DNA of 64,000 bases from Octopus sinensis (lineage: Eukaryota): assembly GCF_006345805.1 (NCBI RefSeq), contig NC_042999.1, forward strand, positions 45,508,001 to 45,572,000. Direction: 5' to 3'. Positions 62,517 to 64,000 of the stretch are shown here, piece by piece; the first letter of the stretch is position 1; each line of letters begins with the position of its first letter. The notes under the pieces are model-generated. The model was given only the letters and a program-made list of their open reading frames with translations, was not told where the DNA came from and did not search any database. The translations under genes were made by a program, and so were the position numbers.

Positions 62517-64000
62517 TAGACATGCATATATATATATATATATATATCATAATTGGCCCAAAATGTTAAAATGAATATGGAGATATGAACTAATAGTCAA
62601 GTTTAAACTTGTTAATGCTTATAGTATTGATTCACTATCTAGTAACAAGATCTTAACAAACACCTTTCTTACATTCTGTGAATGAATAAAACATCAGTTT
62701 CTTCTACTTCTCATTGTGTATTTTTATCATTCAAGAAACTGTTGAATACAAAATTAGTTCTGACATTATCTAATTAAATATTTGTAGCAGTTGTACTGGC
62801 AGTGTGATTGGTATGCTGGATTTACTGACATGGCCCTTAGGCTGAGGTATATTTCTTTCCTTGATGGCGCGTTCAACCTAACTTTCATTTCATGCATGAT
62901 GTATCACCATCACGAAGAATCACCCAACTGCAAAAACACGTGCTACAGTAGTTTACATAGATTTTTATGGAAGCTGTAAAATATTGAAGTAAAAAATATG
63001 AAAAAGAAAAAAATATAAAAAAATTGAAGCGCGTGCATTTGTGCACGTGTGTGTGTGTGTGAACAAAAAAAAAGTAATTAGTGTCTGTATACTATTTTTT
63101 TGAATACGAATACAGAATATTACATAATACATAGTGTTTCCTTTGATTACATCCTTTAGCATACTTGAGAAATAGTAATCATGATGTTGCTATCATTAAT
63201 TACATGTAAGTGATCAATTCATATCAATCAGTTGAATTTTTACACTTATTTTTCTATGACGAGCTTTCCTGCAATTTTCCACATTGACTTCTAAATCTTT
63301 CATTATAATTTTAGCTACCTCATTCTTTGCTTCCCATGTCTAACATTGTCACTATTTCTCATCAATAGATGGCTACTACCAGCTCTTTCTTTATCATTCA
63401 TTTTTCATTATGTTCCAAACTTTATTGTCTAATATTCATTGTAGTTTAAAACCCGCTGTCAGTTTACAATGCATTTCCATCCACTCTTTATCTTTGGTTT
63501 TATCACATGTCCGTTATAACCCGATTCTCTGCTCTTTCAAACAACCCTTATACTTTCTCTTCTTCCGTCTTTCTTAACCTTCCCTAGCCTAATTTTATGA
63601 TTGAAAAGTTTCTGCTATAAATATTTATACATGCGTTTTTATTCCTTGTTGAAAGCAAGCAATTTCATGGCTGCATAGCATTTCTAAAGATGCCAATTCT
63701 AAAGATGTGAAGTGAGACTTATTTGTTGCTAGGTTGACTGAAGTTAAAGCAGAAATAAGGCTTTGTTGAAGTGCATGATTTGAACTCCAAACTTCTGGAT
63801 CAGTTAGCATTTTCATTTGACATTTATTTATAAAATCTAATGTACTCTGTAGACTGATATATTTAGTATATGGATATCATATCTAATTATACATGTTTAT
63901 ACATTTTTCATTGGTTTAATTAGTATTGCTGTTTTATCATTGCGCTTTGTTTTTCTAATGATAAAACAGGTGGCCTTTGTTTTTTGACTTCTTTCACTTA

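Overview
This is AT-rich, microsatellite-dense eukaryotic DNA. The repeat complement points to an octopus (coleoid cephalopod) genome; that assignment is inferred from recognising the repeat families. The window is mostly intron-like sequence full of transposon relics: two tRNA-headed SINE families, many 3' ends of an RTE-clade LINE, two mariner-type and one maT/DD37D-type decayed transposases, non-autonomous Helitrons, piggyBac-, hAT- and pogo-type MITEs, a long foldback element and Penelope-like terminal repeats. A CpG-retaining zone at about 5.8-7.75 kb looks like a head-to-head promoter, with a candidate membrane-protein gene going left and a long-intron candidate gene going right. I can only propose isolated exons and cannot name either gene. 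Nearly all ORFs in the supplied track are microsatellite or repeat artefacts. The most notable signals are: (1) an RTE 3'UTR built from a stem-loop module that has independently expanded into tandem arrays, reaching about 2.3 kb in one copy; (2) apparent targeting of (TA)n microsatellites by this RTE; (3) a repeated minimal hammerhead-like motif with a non-canonical core; (4) several long intronic inverted repeats that could be ADAR substrates; and (5) a candidate two-exon 49-aa tail-anchored micropeptide. There is no CRISPR array or prokaryotic system. All coordinates, alignments and counts were done by eye.
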